64,000 nucleotides of DNA from Podarcis cretensis (Eukaryota). This document shows, in pieces, positions 62,626 through 64,000 of the stretch. A program made the translations under genes and the position numbers. Below the pieces are notes generated by a model, which was not told where the DNA came from, did no database searches, and worked only from the letters and a program-made list of their open reading frames with translations. Numbering within the stretch: the first letter of the stretch is position 1; every line of letters starts with the position of its first letter. Location of the stretch: the NCBI GenBank assembly GCA_951804945.1, contig OX638158.1:18848001-18912000 (forward strand), in the 5' to 3' direction.

Positions 62626-64000
62626 CCCATTGCCTATGTGATTTGTGGCAGATCTGGGTTTAAACACACATCTGACACCCAGATCTGACACCGCCAAGCC
62701 CATTTTCGCCCCAAATTCTAACTTCCACGTCTCCTACCAGTTCCAACAGGAAACCAGTTGGCAAATATCCCACAACAATAGTATTACTCAATATTGACAC
62801 TAGCATTCAGATCCAAAGTTACGTGTTTGTGCACAGAGCTCCATATGAGCAGGAGCTGCCCTGGATGAATGTTAGGGAAAGTTTTGTGGGTGAATCACTA
62901 TCTGTGTACGGGAGCAATCTCAGCTTGTGCATAATTCTGTATGTGCACTGGCGCCCAAGAATGCACCATATTGGGATTTTGCTGTTGCTATGGACAGAGC
63001 AACCACTTTAGTTGTGTGTTGTTGTTTGAATTTGCTGATCTTAAAAGGAGTGAGAATGTGTCACTCCTCCCCTCAGATATGCCTTATGATTACTCAAGGT
63101 TTTGGTATCTTTGGGTAGAAATGACAGCAGGGAGACAGATGGTTTATGATTCCTTTACTTCATCAGACATCCTCTCATCCTTGTTCCTTTGAGTTAACTT
63201 CCCTTGGGACCTCTTATTGACTCCATGCTTTGGATACAACAAAGGACAGGCTGGGCTCCATATAAGCCAGGAAGTGTGTGGATCTGCTCAGTTATTGGCA
63301 CGACACAGCCCTGGTTGAGAGACCTCCTGCAGTGGCTGAATCACACTAAATTGTAAGTATTCACGTCACATTTTTATTGTGGCTCCTACCATTCTGCTTC
63401 ATTCTCAGCCGCCTCAAGAAGGCAAAGGAAAGAAATATGTCCTGCGGGATATTTGGAAGTAAAATAAACACTGAAATTGTTCAGGGATTTTAAAGAGTTC
63501 CTATCACGGCTATTAGCCACAAAGAGGCAGTGTGTTCGTAACTACCAGATTCTCAGGAATAACCAAGTGGGAAGTGCTGTTGCCTTCATATCCTACTTTG
63601 TCAGCTTCCCAGAATGCTACTACTGGAAAGAAGAATGTTGAACAGAAAAAGTCAGGCTTTGGGTCGGATACAGCAGGGCTCTCCTTACTGTTTTAAGTTC
63701 TTTGAGCAGCTAAGCAAGGTGCAACATTCAAGCGGAGTATATGTCACAGGTGGGCAACCTGCAATCCTTGGGTTAATTGTGGCCCTTGACTTAATTTCAA
63801 AACTCCGCTGCAGGAGATCAGTTCAGACCTTTGGGTCTGGCAATAATTCCCCAGTAGCCTGCTGGGTGAGGAAGAAAAGAGTGGGGAAAGTGGGTAGCAG
63901 AGTGTGAGAAAAGAGAGGGCAGAAAGTGTTTCCCACTCATTTTTTACTCAGTACCCAACCACTGCTGGTTTCAGTCCAGCTCACAAATGGCAATGCGGCC

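Overview
Vertebrate genomic DNA from a squamate reptile, most likely a lacertid lizard (inferred from abundant Sauria/Squam1 SINEs and squamate-type CR1, L2 and MITE repeats). It shows the conserved amniote block CACNA2D4 - ADIPOR2 - WNT5B. On + are the last three coding exons of CACNA2D4 (4390-6426), including an AT-AC U12 minor-spliceosome intron. On - are the complete ADIPOR2 gene (non-coding exon 1 in a CpG island at ~43.4-43.6 kb plus 7 coding exons, 382 aa, stop at 10786) and the last two coding exons of WNT5B. The rest is introns, UTRs and repeats, and most ORF-track entries are spurious. Best leads: (1) a candidate two-exon transcript divergent from the ADIPOR2 promoter, with an in-frame spliced 109-aa orphan ORF; (2) the U12 intron and its flanking inverted SINEs; (3) two CR1 copies sharing an extra 3' flank; (4) a composite multi-hairpin Tc1/mariner-type element carrying captured sequence; (5) serial SINE insertion at one target site; (6) a convergent CTCF motif pair bracketing ADIPOR2. 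All calls come from reading the sequence and recalling homologs; no searches were run.
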